Shown in pieces: positions 1 to 10,813 of a stretch of 64,000 bases of DNA. This DNA comes from an uncultured Pseudomonadota bacterium (lineage in GTDB: Bacteria > Oederibacteriota > Muellerivitia > Muellerivitales > Muellerivitaceae): NCBI GenBank assembly GCA_963843375.1, contig CAWJKT010000011.1, positions 128,001 through 192,000 of the forward strand, given 5' to 3'. The notes under the pieces are model-generated. The model was not told where the DNA came from. It searched no databases and was given only the letters and a program-made list of their open reading frames with translations. Within the stretch, counting starts at the first letter, position 1. Every line of letters begins with the position of its first letter. The translations under genes were made by a program, and so were the position numbers.

Positions 1-1035
1 TTGGGATTGGACAATATTGGAGTCTTTGACCGGGGGCAGTTGAAACCGGGAACGCTTTTGGAACAGGCCGACGGCACGGCCTGGATGGCCTTTTATTGCG
101 GCACCCTCCTTTCCATGGCCTTGGAACTTTCCCTGGAGAACCCCGCCACGGAGGATATGGCGACCAAGTTTTTCGAGCATTTCCTTTCCATCGTCAACGC
201 CATGAACAACTTGGGCGGAAGCGGATTATGGGATGAGGCTGACGGCTTTTACTATGACCAGATACACTGCAACGGCTCTGTAATTCCCCTCAAAATCCGT
301 TCGGCAGTGGGAATCATCCCGCTTTTCGCCGTGGAAATCCTCAGCGAAGAAACCCTGGAAAAACTGCCGGAATTTTACAAACGCATGAAGTGGTTTATGC
401 AGCACAAACCCAAGGAAGCTGCCTCGATCTTGAGGCGGGACGAAGGTGAGGTTGGAAAGGGCTGTTACCTGCTGGCGGTTCTTTCGAAGGAAAGGCTGCT
501 CAAGGTTCTTAAGTATGTCCTGGACGAGAATGAGTTTTTATCTCCCTTCGGCATCCGGGCTCTTTCTAAATTTCATCGGGACCACCCTTATGTTTTAGAT
601 TTGGACGGCGAGCAGAGCCGCATTGGCTACGAAGCGGGGGAATCTCAGTGCGGTATCTTTGGGGGTAATTCCAATTGGCGCGGCCCGGTTTGGATGCCGA
701 TCAATTTCCTCTTGGTGGAATCGTTGGAACGGTATCATCACTTTTATGGGAACGATCTCAAGGTGGAATGCCCAACGGGTTCAGGCCATTGGATGAATTT
801 GGGGGAGGTAGCCCAATTCCTGGGAAGACGATTAAACCTTCTTTTCCTGCCGGACGAAAAGGGGAACCGTCCCAGCCATGGGGGCGAACCTCGATTCGCC
901 AATGATTCGGATTGGAAGGAACTGATCCTCTTTTACGAGTTTTTCGATGGGGACAACGGCAAAGGCCTGGGTGCCAGCCACCAAACGGGCTGGACTTCCC
1001 TGATTGCCAAATTATTGGAGAGTTATCCTATGTAA
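1..1035 (+). CDS. MGH1-like / GH63-type glycoside hydrolase, C-terminal part (5' end outside window)
   Basis: Motifs GLDNIGVFDR, EQADGTAWM, GGNSNWRGPVW and GLGASHQTGWT are typical of the bacterial MGH1-like glucosidase family. Confidence 0.88.
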   Translation: MGLDNIGVFDRGQLKPGTLLEQADGTAWMAFYCGTLLSMALELSLENPATEDMATKFFEHFLSIVNAMNNLGGSGLWDEADGFYYDQIHCNGSVIPLKIRSAVGIIPLFAVEILSEETLEKLPEFYKRMKWFMQHKPKEAASILRRDEGEVGKGCYLLAVLSKERLLKVLKYVLDENEFLSPFGIRALSKFHRDHPYVLDLDGEQSRIGYEAGESQCGIFGGNSNWRGPVWMPINFLLVESLERYHHFYGNDLKVECPTGSGHWMNLGEVAQFLGRRLNLLFLPDEKGNRPSHGGEPRFANDSDWKELILFYEFFDGDNGKGLGASHQTGWTSLIAKLLESYPM

Positions 1036-1101
1036 CAAGATTCGCTTAAATCAAAAATTACTTGTTCATGAATTATTTTTCGAAATTCTCAAAGGATCGG
1101 T

Positions 1102-1782
1102 ATGAAACCTAAGGCCACGCCTTGGAATGATTGGTGGAAACCGGTTCTACTACTGGTACTCTTAACGATCTTGTTTGTGGCGGCACAATTGTTTCACTTT
1201 GGGTATCAATTAAAGGCCTTGGGGGTGTGGATTAAGTCATTGGGAGCGTGGGGCCCAATCATATTCATTCTTATATACACCGCGGCAGTTGTGGCCATTT
1301 TACCCGTTTCCTTGTTCGCGTTTATGTCGGGAATCTTGTTTGGAACGTTAGAAGGATCGGTGGTGGCCAATATTGGAGCCACCCTGGGGGCTTGTCTCGC
1401 TTTTCTAACCGGCCGTTATTTCGCCCGCGAAGCGGTGAACCACTTTCTAGGGAAATACGAAAAGTTTAGGGAATTAGATCAATGGACAGCTTCCAAAGGG
1501 GCCTTGATTGTCGCCGTAAATCGCTTGTTTCCGCTTTTGCCTTTTAACCTGGTTAATTACGCTTTTGGTTTGACCAAAATTGACTTTTGGCCCTATGCCT
1601 TTTGGTCCTGGATATGCATGATTCCCGCCATCATTGTGTATGTGGCCGGCGGCGATGCTGTGCGCCAGGGAATGTCCGAAGGAAGAATTCCTTGGAACTT
1701 GGTTATTGTGGTGGGGGTCATTGTCGTTTTTTTACTGCTTGTTGCCCTTTTTTTAAAACGAAAGAACCCGAAAATTTATTGA
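1102..1782 (+). CDS. TVP38/TMEM64 (VTT / DedA-superfamily) membrane protein
   Basis: Hydrophobic; GILFG...G, GATLGA...F..GR and RLFPLLPFNLVNYAFGLT motifs. Confidence 0.9.
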   Translation: MKPKATPWNDWWKPVLLLVLLTILFVAAQLFHFGYQLKALGVWIKSLGAWGPIIFILIYTAAVVAILPVSLFAFMSGILFGTLEGSVVANIGATLGACLAFLTGRYFAREAVNHFLGKYEKFRELDQWTASKGALIVAVNRLFPLLPFNLVNYAFGLTKIDFWPYAFWSWICMIPAIIVYVAGGDAVRQGMSEGRIPWNLVIVVGVIVVFLLLVALFLKRKNPKIY

Positions 1783-1825
1783 TGGAAAAACTGTTATCGC
1801 ATTTTTAAATGGTAAAGGCTTCCCC

Positions 1826-3948
1826 ATGAACTTGTCGGCCCGTTATCGTTCGGCCCCCTTTTTTTTCACCCTATTGTTCCTGACCCATTGTTTGGCATCC
1901 CTTTCCGTTTTTTCCATCCCCACCCGACAATGGATTTGGATCGGAGGAACCCTAACGGCGTTTTTCTGGATGATACGAAAGGGAAATGAATATGTTGAAA
2001 GTCTTTTCGATTCAGAATTAAAAGAAAAAGGTTTTTATCCTCCCTGGGTTTGGGCCCTTTTAATCACGGCGGGTTTATTCCTTCGCTCCTTAAGATTTTG
2101 GGCCTTTCCCCATTGGCCTTTATTGGATGAGGCTTCGATTATTCAAGGAGCTTCTGGAGGTGAACCGGCATTGGGATTGGAAATTTTTCTATACCGAAGG
2201 ACAAATTCCGCCGGTTTTGATTTGGGCCACTGGGTTTCTTATGAAAATTTCTAGTAATTCTTTTTTAGCGCTCCTATTCCCGGCCTTTCTCATTTCCTGT
2301 CTCACCCTAATCATGGGTTTTTGGGCCTCCCGCCGTTTTTTACCCGAAAACCTGGCCTTTCTTTCAACCGCATTCCTGGCTTTGGCTTATTGGCCAATCT
2401 ATTTGCAGGGATTGTCCCTCCAAGCCATCTGTTTGCCCGCTTGGGAGATAGGGGTTTTTTTTCTTCTGGCTGAAACGCTTAAAAAAAGCCAGAAGAAATC
2501 GAGTTGTCCCCTTTTCTTCGTTTTTGGAGCTTGGGTCGGTCTAGGTTATTGGACCTATACTTCCTGGCCGGTGGTGGCGGTGACCGGGCTATCTATCCTA
2601 TTGATCGTCACCCTGCGAAAAGAATGGGACAATCGAATCCTCCTTTTTTTGGTAGCGGGCCTATTCACGACAGGGTTTTATTTTGGAATCGCAGTCTTCC
2701 AAAGTGGTGGTTATGGGACACACTTGATTGGTTATTCGATCTTCCATGGTTGGCTTCGTGGAAACCAGGCTTTGTTTTCGGGGTTGGATTATGTGAACTG
2801 CCTTTTTTGGGGTTGCTCGTCCGGGGGAAGTTATGTCCCCGGTCAAGGTGGATTTTTAAATCCATTGATGGCTGCGCTATTCTGGATGGGAATTTGGGAA
2901 ATTTTCGGGGAAACAAGGCCTCCCGCGATTGGTTCGTTGGATAGGCCCCATCTTTATTCTTTTCCTTCTTCCGGGATTACTTTCTCAGAACCTCCAAGGA
3001 CTGAGAATCATCCAGGTTATTCCCCTGGCTTTGGGATTATCCGCGTTGGGAGCATGCCGTTTCCTCTTAAGCCTTCCCGTCCAAAAACGCCAGCTTTATT
3101 TAGGTTTCCTTCTTGTGGCTATTTTCGTTTGGGACGCGACCCGGTTGAAGACGACCATGGAGACTTTGGAGGACCAAACTTCCCAAATTCGCATGGTTTA
3201 TGGGGTTTTGGAAAAAATCGCTCGAGACCAGGGACCGGGGATAATCCTGACACAATTCAAGGTCCAAAACCATCCACTACAAGGTCTCACCGTCCATCCC
3301 GAAGAAAATTTGGCGGGAGCTGTATTCCCTTTTAACTCGGCCGAAAATGAAAAACTGGATTTTCAACTTTCCCGATGGGCAATCCTTTTAATTCATCCTG
3401 ACGAGGTCCCTTTCCTCCGTGGGGACCTTCCGGGGGCCCAATGGTGGAGACTTCCCGCGTCATCCGGCGGGGATGAAGAATTAACCGTTGGATTGATTCC
3501 CGTCGTCCAAAGGGAGAGAAGCCGCATGGAAAAATGGGTGGAAGCGGATCGATGGCTTCAAGAAGGAGATTGGAAATTTCTTGATGTCGCCAATGCCAAA
3601 AGCTACCAGGAAGCAATCCAATACTGGTTGCATCCGCCTTCATTCATGGCGGAGGACCGATTTCTCCAGGCCTGTTATTGGGAACGCCTGTCGGAATTTT
3701 ATTATTACCGCGGTTTTGAAACCCATTATGACCTTCAGGTGGACGCCTTGAAAAGGGCATTAACGGAAGGTTATCCAGCGACCCATTTGTATTACGATTT
3801 AGGATGCCTCTTGATGCGCAAGAAAAATTATCCGGAGTCAAGAAGAGTTTTGGAAACCGCCTTGCGTTCGGATCCCTATAATCCCGATCTGGAAAATGCC
3901 CTGAGACTTCTGGGGGCAATGGATAAACAAAAATCATCCCATTCTTAA
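1826..3948 (+). CDS. ArnT/PMT-like (GT-C fold, GT39/GT83-like) membrane glycosyltransferase with C-terminal TPR; split over three ORFs by two apparent +1 frameshifts (~2152, ~2907-2910)
   Basis: Joined reading gives WPLLDEA..ALEVNRHWDWKFFY..G..PP, GGFLNPL and FLLPGLLS, colinear with the intact paralog at 8651-10798; C-terminal YYDLG..LMRKKNY.E....ETAL..DP TPR. Confidence 0.72.
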
Positions 3949-3983
3949 GAAACTAGAGGATTTTTGCTTTATAATGCCGCCCT

Positions 3984-4667
3984 ATGAAAAAGTCATATCG
4001 ATTATTTTTCGCAATCGCGCTGACCTTTGGCCTCGGATCAAAAGTTTTTCCGCAGGTCCAAGCCGAAGATGAAGACTTGCGTTTCCATACCGTGGAAGCC
4101 AAAGGTATGGTGACGGCTTACCATGACGAAAACGACGAGACTTCCCGTCTCTACCAAAGTCAGACTTTGGATGACGGGGACAAGGTTGTCACCGGACCCG
4201 ACAGTGACGCGGTCTTAAGGCTCAAGGGAAAGGTCTATCTTTACCTGGCGCCCCGCACGAAAATCCGAATCACACGTCTTCGCGGAGGGGATAAGGGATT
4301 TCAATGCGAAATTAATCTGGTAACGGGGCGGATGTTTTGCCAATTGGACCAAACCCCCACATGGTCTTTCGGGGTTTCGGCGGGAAGTGTTTTGTGCCAT
4401 GCTCATGGCACTTTGTTCGAATTTGTACGAAAAGAAGAGGCATTGAAGATCGTTTCCTATGAAGGGGCGGTCGTGGCCGATTTCCACGGTCAGACCAAAA
4501 TGACGAAAACCAATGAAGTCATCCAGTTGGATCATGGCAAATTCCGTTACCGCAACCACCATCTCAGGATCGACGAGCAGGGCGACCTGCAAGCCTGGCA
4601 GGTCCTTTTATCAAAACTGGAAGAAAAAGCGCCCACGCCAGGCCTTAATCTTTTTTTGCGGGCTTAA
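3984..4667 (+). CDS. Secreted FecR-domain protein
   Basis: Signal peptide; L..GD.V.TGPDS.A.L, L..G, HGT.F and VSYEG.V pattern of the FecR beta-domain. Confidence 0.75.
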   Translation: MKKSYRLFFAIALTFGLGSKVFPQVQAEDEDLRFHTVEAKGMVTAYHDENDETSRLYQSQTLDDGDKVVTGPDSDAVLRLKGKVYLYLAPRTKIRITRLRGGDKGFQCEINLVTGRMFCQLDQTPTWSFGVSAGSVLCHAHGTLFEFVRKEEALKIVSYEGAVVADFHGQTKMTKTNEVIQLDHGKFRYRNHHLRIDEQGDLQAWQVLLSKLEEKAPTPGLNLFLRA

Positions 4668-4738
4668 TCCTCCTTGACTCTCCCCTCAAATCATCCGAAA
4701 ATTGCCCTCCTTAATTCGACCCAGGAGACTCGAGACAA

Positions 4739-6410
4739 ATGATTTCGGCTAAAGATGTTACCCTTCGTTTCGGAAAAAAAACCCTCTTCGACCACGTCAC
4801 GGTCAAATTCAACCCGGGCTATTGCTATGGCCTCATCGGCGCCAATGGGGCAGGCAAATCCACCTTCATGAAGATTCTGGCGGGCCAGATCAAACCGGAC
4901 GACGGTGAGATCGCTGTGGATCGGGGCGTGAAAGTGGCCATGCTCAAACAGGACCAATATGCCTATGATGAGTTCAGCGTTTTGGACACGGTTCTCATGG
5001 GTCGGGAAGACCTTTGGAAGATCCAGCAGGAAAAAGATGCTCTTTACGCCAAACCCAATATGACCCATGACGAGGGAATTCGAGCCGCCGAACTGGAATC
5101 CCATTTCGGGGATATGGACGGCTACGCTCTGACGGCCGGGGCCGGGGAACTTACTGGAAGGCCTGGGAGTCGAAACCGAAAAGCATGATTGGAAAATGAA
5201 ACAACTTACCGGCGGCTGGAAAGTCCGGGTCCTTTTGGCCCAGGTTCTTTACGCCAAGCCCGATGTGCTTTTGTTGGACGAGCCCACCAACAATCTGGAT
5301 ATCCGCACCATCGATTGGCTGGAAGACTACCTGAATTCTTATGACGGAACCATCATCGTCATATCCCATGACCGGCATTTCCTGAACCACATCTGCACCC
5401 ATATCGCCGACGTGGATCGGGAAAAGGTCACGGTTTATTCGGGCAATTATGATTTCTTCGTAATGGCTTCCAAGCAGACTCTCGACAGCAAAATGACTGA
5501 AAATGCCCGCAAGGAAAAACAAATCGCCGAACTCAAAGCTTTCGTCGCCCGTTTTTCCGCCAATGCCTCCAAGAGCGCTCAGGCCACCAGCCGGGCTCGG
5601 CTTTTGGAGAAGATTGAACTGGAAACAATCATCCAATCCTCCCGGCAGTATCCCCGGCTTTTCTTCAAGGAAAAGCAGCCGGCCGGAAAAGACATACTGA
5701 ACATCAAGAGCATCAGTAAGTCCTATGGCGACCTGAAGGTTCTCAAGAAGATCACCTTCATCGTGGGTAATGGCGACAAGATCGCCATCATCGGTTCCAA
5801 CGGTATCGGGAAAACCACCTTGATCAAATGTTTGGTGGGAGCCTACAAAGCCGAGGGTTCGAATCTGGCCGAGTGGGGCCTGAAGATCGACGAGGGGCAG
5901 GTAATTTGGGGAAGCACGGTCAAGCTTTCTAGCATGCCGCAAGATGTCAAGGAAGAGTTGACCCGCGACATGACGGCGCTGGAATGGCTTCGTCAGTTTT
6001 CCCCGCTGGAAGAAGGCCAGGTCATCCGGGGAATGCTGGGGCGCATGCTCTTCACGGGCGAGGAGCAGGATAAGAATGTGAAGGTTCTTTCGGGTGGAGA
6101 ATGCCAGCGCATGGTGTTATCCCGGTTGATGCTGGAAGGCGGAAACGTGCTCATTTTAGACGAGCCTACCAACCATATGGATTTGGAATCCATTGAATCC
6201 TTAAGTACCGCGCTGGCCGAATATACGGGTACCATAATCTTTTCTTCACACGACCAGGATTTGATCGGTAAAGTTGCCAACCGTATATTGGAATTGAAGC
6301 CTGACGGAACTTACGCGGACTTCAAGGGAACTTACGCGGACTATGTGGAATGGACGCTCTTGGAAGCCAAAAGGGCAAAGGAAGCCGCAAAAAGCGGATC
6401 TAAAAAATAG
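4739..6410 (+). CDS. ABC-F family ATPase (YbiT-like); one apparent +1 frameshift at ~5151
   Basis: Two ABC domains: GANGAGKST...LTGGWKVR...[11 protein letters not shown] and GSNGIGKTT...LSGGE...[10 protein letters not shown]; linker [14 protein letters not shown]; removing one base at ~5151 restores AGELLEGLG. Confidence 0.9.
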
Positions 6411-6474
6411 TTTTTGTCCTTATGCCCGGGCTTATAATGCATTGTCTTAAAGAATGGGAAGGTAAGGAGTTTCT

Positions 6475-6786
6475 ATGGCGGATAACGATTGGCAGGCCAG
6501 AATAAAAACGGGACGTAATGACGAGTGTCCCTGCGGCTCAGGAAAAAAATACAAAAAGTGCCACCTACAGGCGGACGAAAAGGCTCAAAGCGCGGCCCTT
6601 TCCAAGGTGAACGCTGATGCGGCCGCCAAGGTTAAGGCCGAGGAGCATGACCACGATCATGAACACCCTCACGACCATCCTCATGACCATATCCACAAGC
6701 ATGAAAAGGGAGGACCCGCCCGGCCGCATACTTCCACGAATACCGCCCGGCAGATAAGCGCTCCCCGGAAAACAGGCGTCGGTTAA
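6475..6786 (+). CDS. Small SEC-C motif protein with His-rich tract
   Basis: [18 protein letters not shown] followed by [28 protein letters not shown] upstream. Confidence 0.85.
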   Translation: MADNDWQARIKTGRNDECPCGSGKKYKKCHLQADEKAQSAALSKVNADAAAKVKAEEHDHDHEHPHDHPHDHIHKHEKGGPARPHTSTNTARQISAPRKTGVG

Positions 6787-6853
6787 TTTTACGGGGCAGT
6801 ACTCCGGGCTGCCGTTTTGAACATATGAATTTATTTCATCCAAGGAGTTACAG

Positions 6854-7243
6854 GTGGCTAAAAGGGAAAATATCAGCACCGGATCCAAGTGGGAACCCGT
6901 TTTGGGATATTCCCGAGCGGTGAAAGTTGGTTCCTATATCCATGTCTCCGGCACGACCGGCGGCGGGCCCGATGGAAAAATTGTTGGGGTGGGCGATCCC
7001 TATGTCCAGACAGTCCAAGCTTTGAAAAATCTCCAGGCTGGCCTGCAAAAGGCGGGAGCAGACTTTAAGAACGTCGTGCGAACCCGTTTATTCGTCACAA
7101 AGATCAACGAGTGGGAGAAGTTTGGCAAGGCTCACGGCGAAATTTTTGGCGAAATCCGTCCCGCGATGACCATCGTGGAAGTCTCCAAGTTGATTGACCC
7201 GGACATGCTGATCGAGATTGAGGCCGACGCTTACCTCGACTAA
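6854..7243 (+). CDS. RidA / YjgF family protein
   Basis: WE..LGYSRAV, VSGT, VVRTR, RPA.T.VEV..LIDP..LIEIEA; RBS AAGGAG before GTG. Confidence 0.9.
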   Translation: MAKRENISTGSKWEPVLGYSRAVKVGSYIHVSGTTGGGPDGKIVGVGDPYVQTVQALKNLQAGLQKAGADFKNVVRTRLFVTKINEWEKFGKAHGEIFGEIRPAMTIVEVSKLIDPDMLIEIEADAYLD

Positions 7244-7266
7244 GAATTAAACGCCTTACAGGAGTT

Positions 7267-7776
7267 GTGGGAATGAATGCCCCTCTCACCCCCCCGTGGC
7301 GGTTCCGCCCCTACCAGACTTCCGATAAGGAAGCCTGTATTAAGGTTTTTGAAAGCAATACACCCAAATATTTTCTGCCCGTCGAGAAAGAAAAATTTTC
7401 AGCCTACCTCGAGGAGTTCCCTCGTGATTATCTTTTAGTGGAAGACGACGGCCGCCAAATCATCGCTGGAGGCGGTTACATCCTAGGACTGGATGGCGGG
7501 GCGGCCACCCTCTGTTGGGGCATGGTTCACAAGGATTGGCACGGTCTTGGCATCGGCCAATTTATGTTGTGGAACCGCCTTTCCAAGCTGGCCCAAATCC
7601 CCAAGATGAAGCTCATCCGGCTGGACGCCACCCAGCACAGCGTTGAATTTTTCATGAAGAAGGGTTTTAAAACTTACCGCATCACCCAAAATTATTATGG
7701 TCCCGGTCTGCACCGCTACGAAATGTACATGATTTTGGACGATGAAAAAATCCGAGAGATTTTGACGGCAAAATAA
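7267..7776 (+). CDS. GNAT family N-acetyltransferase
   Basis: WGMVH...HGLGIG acetyl-CoA motif A, FF.K.GF, YGPGL; start may be 7273. Confidence 0.85.
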   Translation: MGMNAPLTPPWRFRPYQTSDKEACIKVFESNTPKYFLPVEKEKFSAYLEEFPRDYLLVEDDGRQIIAGGGYILGLDGGAATLCWGMVHKDWHGLGIGQFMLWNRLSKLAQIPKMKLIRLDATQHSVEFFMKKGFKTYRITQNYYGPGLHRYEMYMILDDEKIREILTAK

Positions 7777-7817
7777 AGGCTCAAACCTTTGTTGTTTCGA
7801 CGGTAAAAAAAGTTTTT

Positions 7818-8576
7818 TTAGTCCTTGTTGTTTTTGGCGAGTTTGACGGTCGATTTTTGAAGAAGGTTTTCTACCACCGGAAGCACTTGGATGTCCAACT
7901 TCTTCGCCTGCTTTCTCAAGGTCTCAAAAGTGGTTTCGGGCCAGCCTTCCTGGAAAAAATTCACCAACCACTTGGGAACAGCCCCTTTAGGATCACAATG
8001 TATTTCCGCCTCCACGTAAGTCTCATCGGACATGCTCATGGGAACCATTTTGAAAACGCAGATCATCGTCCCCCGGGTGTATTTTTTCAAAACCGGGGCT
8101 TGGTCGTCCTCGGTAGGCATGTAACTGACCGTAATGCGCTGATCCAAGGGGTCGGAAGTAAGGAAGACATGGGAAACAAAATCCCGGTCCGACATGACGG
8201 TGTCGAAAGGAAAAGGGATGCCCACATGGTCGTACTCGATAAATTCGGTTGGAGAGATATTACGCACCACTTTGGAAGCCACCAGGCTGTCGATCCATTC
8301 GGTGGCACGAGTTGTATCGATGATGATAGAGGCGACTTTTTCAATCGGTGCGTCCACAATACCTTCCCCTTTGAAGGCGATGACTTTGCTTCCTTCTACC
8401 TTTGACCAATAAATGGTCAGGCCTTCGGTATTACAAGATTTCTGCCAGTGATAATTGGGAATCTTGACGGAGTCCGCCAAGTCCGATTCGGTTTTTTTGG
8501 AAGTGTCAGCGTTTGACTGGGAACAGAAAACCAAGCCCGCGAAAGCCAAAACAACGCCACCCAGAAGATGTTTCAT
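7818..8576 (-). CDS. Secreted START-domain (lipid-binding) protein
   Basis: Signal peptide; FKGEG, PFP...SDRDFV and DPKGAVPKWLVN motifs. Confidence 0.82.
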   Translation of the reverse strand: MKHLLGGVVLAFAGLVFCSQSNADTSKKTESDLADSVKIPNYHWQKSCNTEGLTIYWSKVEGSKVIAFKGEGIVDAPIEKVASIIIDTTRATEWIDSLVASKVVRNISPTEFIEYDHVGIPFPFDTVMSDRDFVSHVFLTSDPLDQRITVSYMPTEDDQAPVLKKYTRGTMICVFKMVPMSMSDETYVEAEIHCDPKGAVPKWLVNFFQEGWPETTFETLRKQAKKLDIQVLPVVENLLQKSTVKLAKNNKD

Positions 8577-8650
8577 GGTTCTAACCTCATTGCTGATAGT
8601 TGAGAAATCATAACTCGATTTTTAAGACCCGACCAATTCTTTTTATTTTT

Positions 8651-10798
8651 TTAATGGGTTTGGGCTTTTAAGGTGGCCAGGATTTCGGCGGAGGGAGTCA
8701 AATCCAAGGGGGCTTGGGTGGCTTTCAAATAAGCCAGCCGCGCCTGAGCCAACCGCCCTTTTACCCTAAATAATTCTCCCAATTTAAAATAAAGATCAGC
8801 TGTGGGATAGCCCTTGGTGACGGCCATTTCGTAGGAAAGAAGCTGCTGGTCATAGTCCAAGTTTACGTACTCATAGGCGGCCCGTTTGTCCCAATAAACC
8901 GATTCCAAGAACGGGTCGCCTTTCACAGCGGGGAAAGCGGTTTCCAAAATTTGAATGACAGGATATAGGCTTCCCTCGTTTTGCAGGAATCTCCGCTGGT
9001 CCGCCGCCAGGAAAATCCCGTGAGCCCCGCACCAGGCATAAAGCGTTGCCGCGTTTTCAGGGGTGATCGGGAGAATTCCCAACATATCCCCGCCATCGGC
9101 AAGGGAAAGTCCACTCGAAACCCGAAACCATTCACCTTCCGAAAATCTTTTTTTCAGGAAGGGTTCGTATTGGGCGTTCACGAAAACCGCCAGCCATTTT
9201 ACTGGTTGGTTTTCGCTGGCCAACTCATGAAGAAGAGTGGTGTTAACGGCGGTATTGAAGGGGTAGGTCATGACCGAGAGAGTTGGGTCATTAAAGGAAT
9301 TGGTATCGAAATCGGTCAAAATAAATCCCGGGCCGTTGTTTTTTTGAAACTCGTCCAGAATTTGATAAGCCCGATACCGTTCCAGGGATTTAACGGGCCT
9401 GCCAAAATTCTCCGGATGTTGGTCTGGATTCCGGTAAGGGGCAATTAGAAGGTTGAAGTCCAGAATGCCGGAAATTAAAAAGAGGACTGCCAGGAACCGC
9501 CATTGTCTACCATAAGGCAGCGTTTCCAAGGTGGATTGGATTCCCATGGCGCAAATAAAAAAAACCAACGGAAGAACCTGGGCTACCCGGAAGGTTTCGA
9601 CGTTGAGGGATAAGGCTCCCGGAAGAAGAAAAAGGAAAAAAGCAGCGACAATCCAATGGGTCAGCGGATTGTTCCGAAACCGAAACAATTCCACCATGCC
9701 TAGGAAGAAAAGAGAACCCAGGAAGGGGTTCAGGAATCCGCCCTTTACCGGTGTATAGGCTGGTTCGGGATCACTTACGCCCCAAAAAAGCACGGTAACA
9801 TAATCCAAAGTATTTGGAATGAGTTTGGAAAAGTGGTACCAACCGCTTAAGGGGGACAATGAAATGATATGGGTTCCGTATCCTTCCCGGAAGACCGCCA
9901 AGGTAAAAGGGACCAGCGTAATTCCCATTGATCCTATAGCCAGGAGAAAATAGAAGAGATTTTTCCCCGAACGAATCCCCCAGGTCCAAAAGAGCGAAAG
10001 GAGGAGAAAAAAAGTCACAATGGGCCAGGGCGTAAAAATAAAAGAACCTAATCCCATCGCGATTCCCAGGCCCAGGGCCCAATTCCTTTTAGCCGATTTA
10101 TCTTTTGCAAGGTTGAATCCGCCCCAGACTCCCAAGCAAAGGTAGACCCACCAAGGCAGCCAGATGCCCTGGTGGCAGAGCCGTCCTAAGAAAAGAGGCC
10201 AGTAGCTGAAACTCAGCAAGCCCGCGCTCACCAGCGAAAACGATTTGGAAAACCATTTTCGAAGGGCCCAATAACCGGTGAATAGGGTAAGGAGGGAAAC
10301 TAACGCAGGTGTAAGCCAAAGGCTAAATATTGGTGAAAAACCCAGTTTAAAAAGAACGGCAACCAACCAAACCGTTAGGGGAGGGGTTTCGCCAAAGGTG
10401 TAAAAGAATTTCCATGACCAGTGGCGTGAAAGTTCCAGTGCGTTAGTTCCAATCCATCCCTCATCCAAATTGGGCCAGCAAAAGAGGTTTTCCAATCGGT
10501 AAAAACGCAGGAAAACGGCGAAATAGAGGCCCACCATCCCAATTAAAAGTGGTGGAAAAACTCCGAGTTCCTTTAAATAGGTTGGTTGTTCCTGGAGGCC
10601 GGGTTTGGCGGAATTCCGCAGGGCCAAATAAAGAGGTAGGGCTAAGCCGATGACCCCGGCCGCCAATTTAGCTTCGAACGAAAGGGCTATATAGGAAAGC
10701 AGAAAGAGAGTGAGGCAGAAAAGTCCCCAATATGCCCAAGGAATTTTTTGAGGGCTCAAATCAAGAGTTAAGGGCTTCAAAAAGGGAACCTCGTCCAT
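8651..10798 (-). CDS. ArnT/PMT-like (GT-C fold) membrane glycosyltransferase with C-terminal TPR
   Basis: Many TM segments; LRFYRL...W..LDEG loop-1 DE motif, PPL motif; C-terminal YFKLGELF...GRL..A..AY.KA TPR. Confidence 0.78.
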   Translation of the reverse strand: MDEVPFLKPLTLDLSPQKIPWAYWGLFCLTLFLLSYIALSFEAKLAAGVIGLALPLYLALRNSAKPGLQEQPTYLKELGVFPPLLIGMVGLYFAVFLRFYRLENLFCWPNLDEGWIGTNALELSRHWSWKFFYTFGETPPLTVWLVAVLFKLGFSPIFSLWLTPALVSLLTLFTGYWALRKWFSKSFSLVSAGLLSFSYWPLFLGRLCHQGIWLPWWVYLCLGVWGGFNLAKDKSAKRNWALGLGIAMGLGSFIFTPWPIVTFFLLLSLFWTWGIRSGKNLFYFLLAIGSMGITLVPFTLAVFREGYGTHIISLSPLSGWYHFSKLIPNTLDYVTVLFWGVSDPEPAYTPVKGGFLNPFLGSLFFLGMVELFRFRNNPLTHWIVAAFFLFLLPGALSLNVETFRVAQVLPLVFFICAMGIQSTLETLPYGRQWRFLAVLFLISGILDFNLLIAPYRNPDQHPENFGRPVKSLERYRAYQILDEFQKNNGPGFILTDFDTNSFNDPTLSVMTYPFNTAVNTTLLHELASENQPVKWLAVFVNAQYEPFLKKRFSEGEWFRVSSGLSLADGGDMLGILPITPENAATLYAWCGAHGIFLAADQRRFLQNEGSLYPVIQILETAFPAVKGDPFLESVYWDKRAAYEYVNLDYDQQLLSYEMAVTKGYPTADLYFKLGELFRVKGRLAQARLAYLKATQAPLDLTPSAEILATLKAQTH

Positions 10799-10813
10799 TG
10801 AACCGCGAGACAG

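Noticed and set aside
5140..5196. Programmed frameshift or regulatory recoding in the ABC-F gene
   Set aside because: No slippery heptamer or stimulatory structure seen; same single-base pattern as a dozen other unrelated genes
6306..6341. Direct repeat GGAACTTACGCGGAC twice at 21-bp spacing
   Set aside because: In-frame coding duplication ([13 protein letters not shown]) in the normal ABC-F C-terminal motif; only two copies, not CRISPR or an att site
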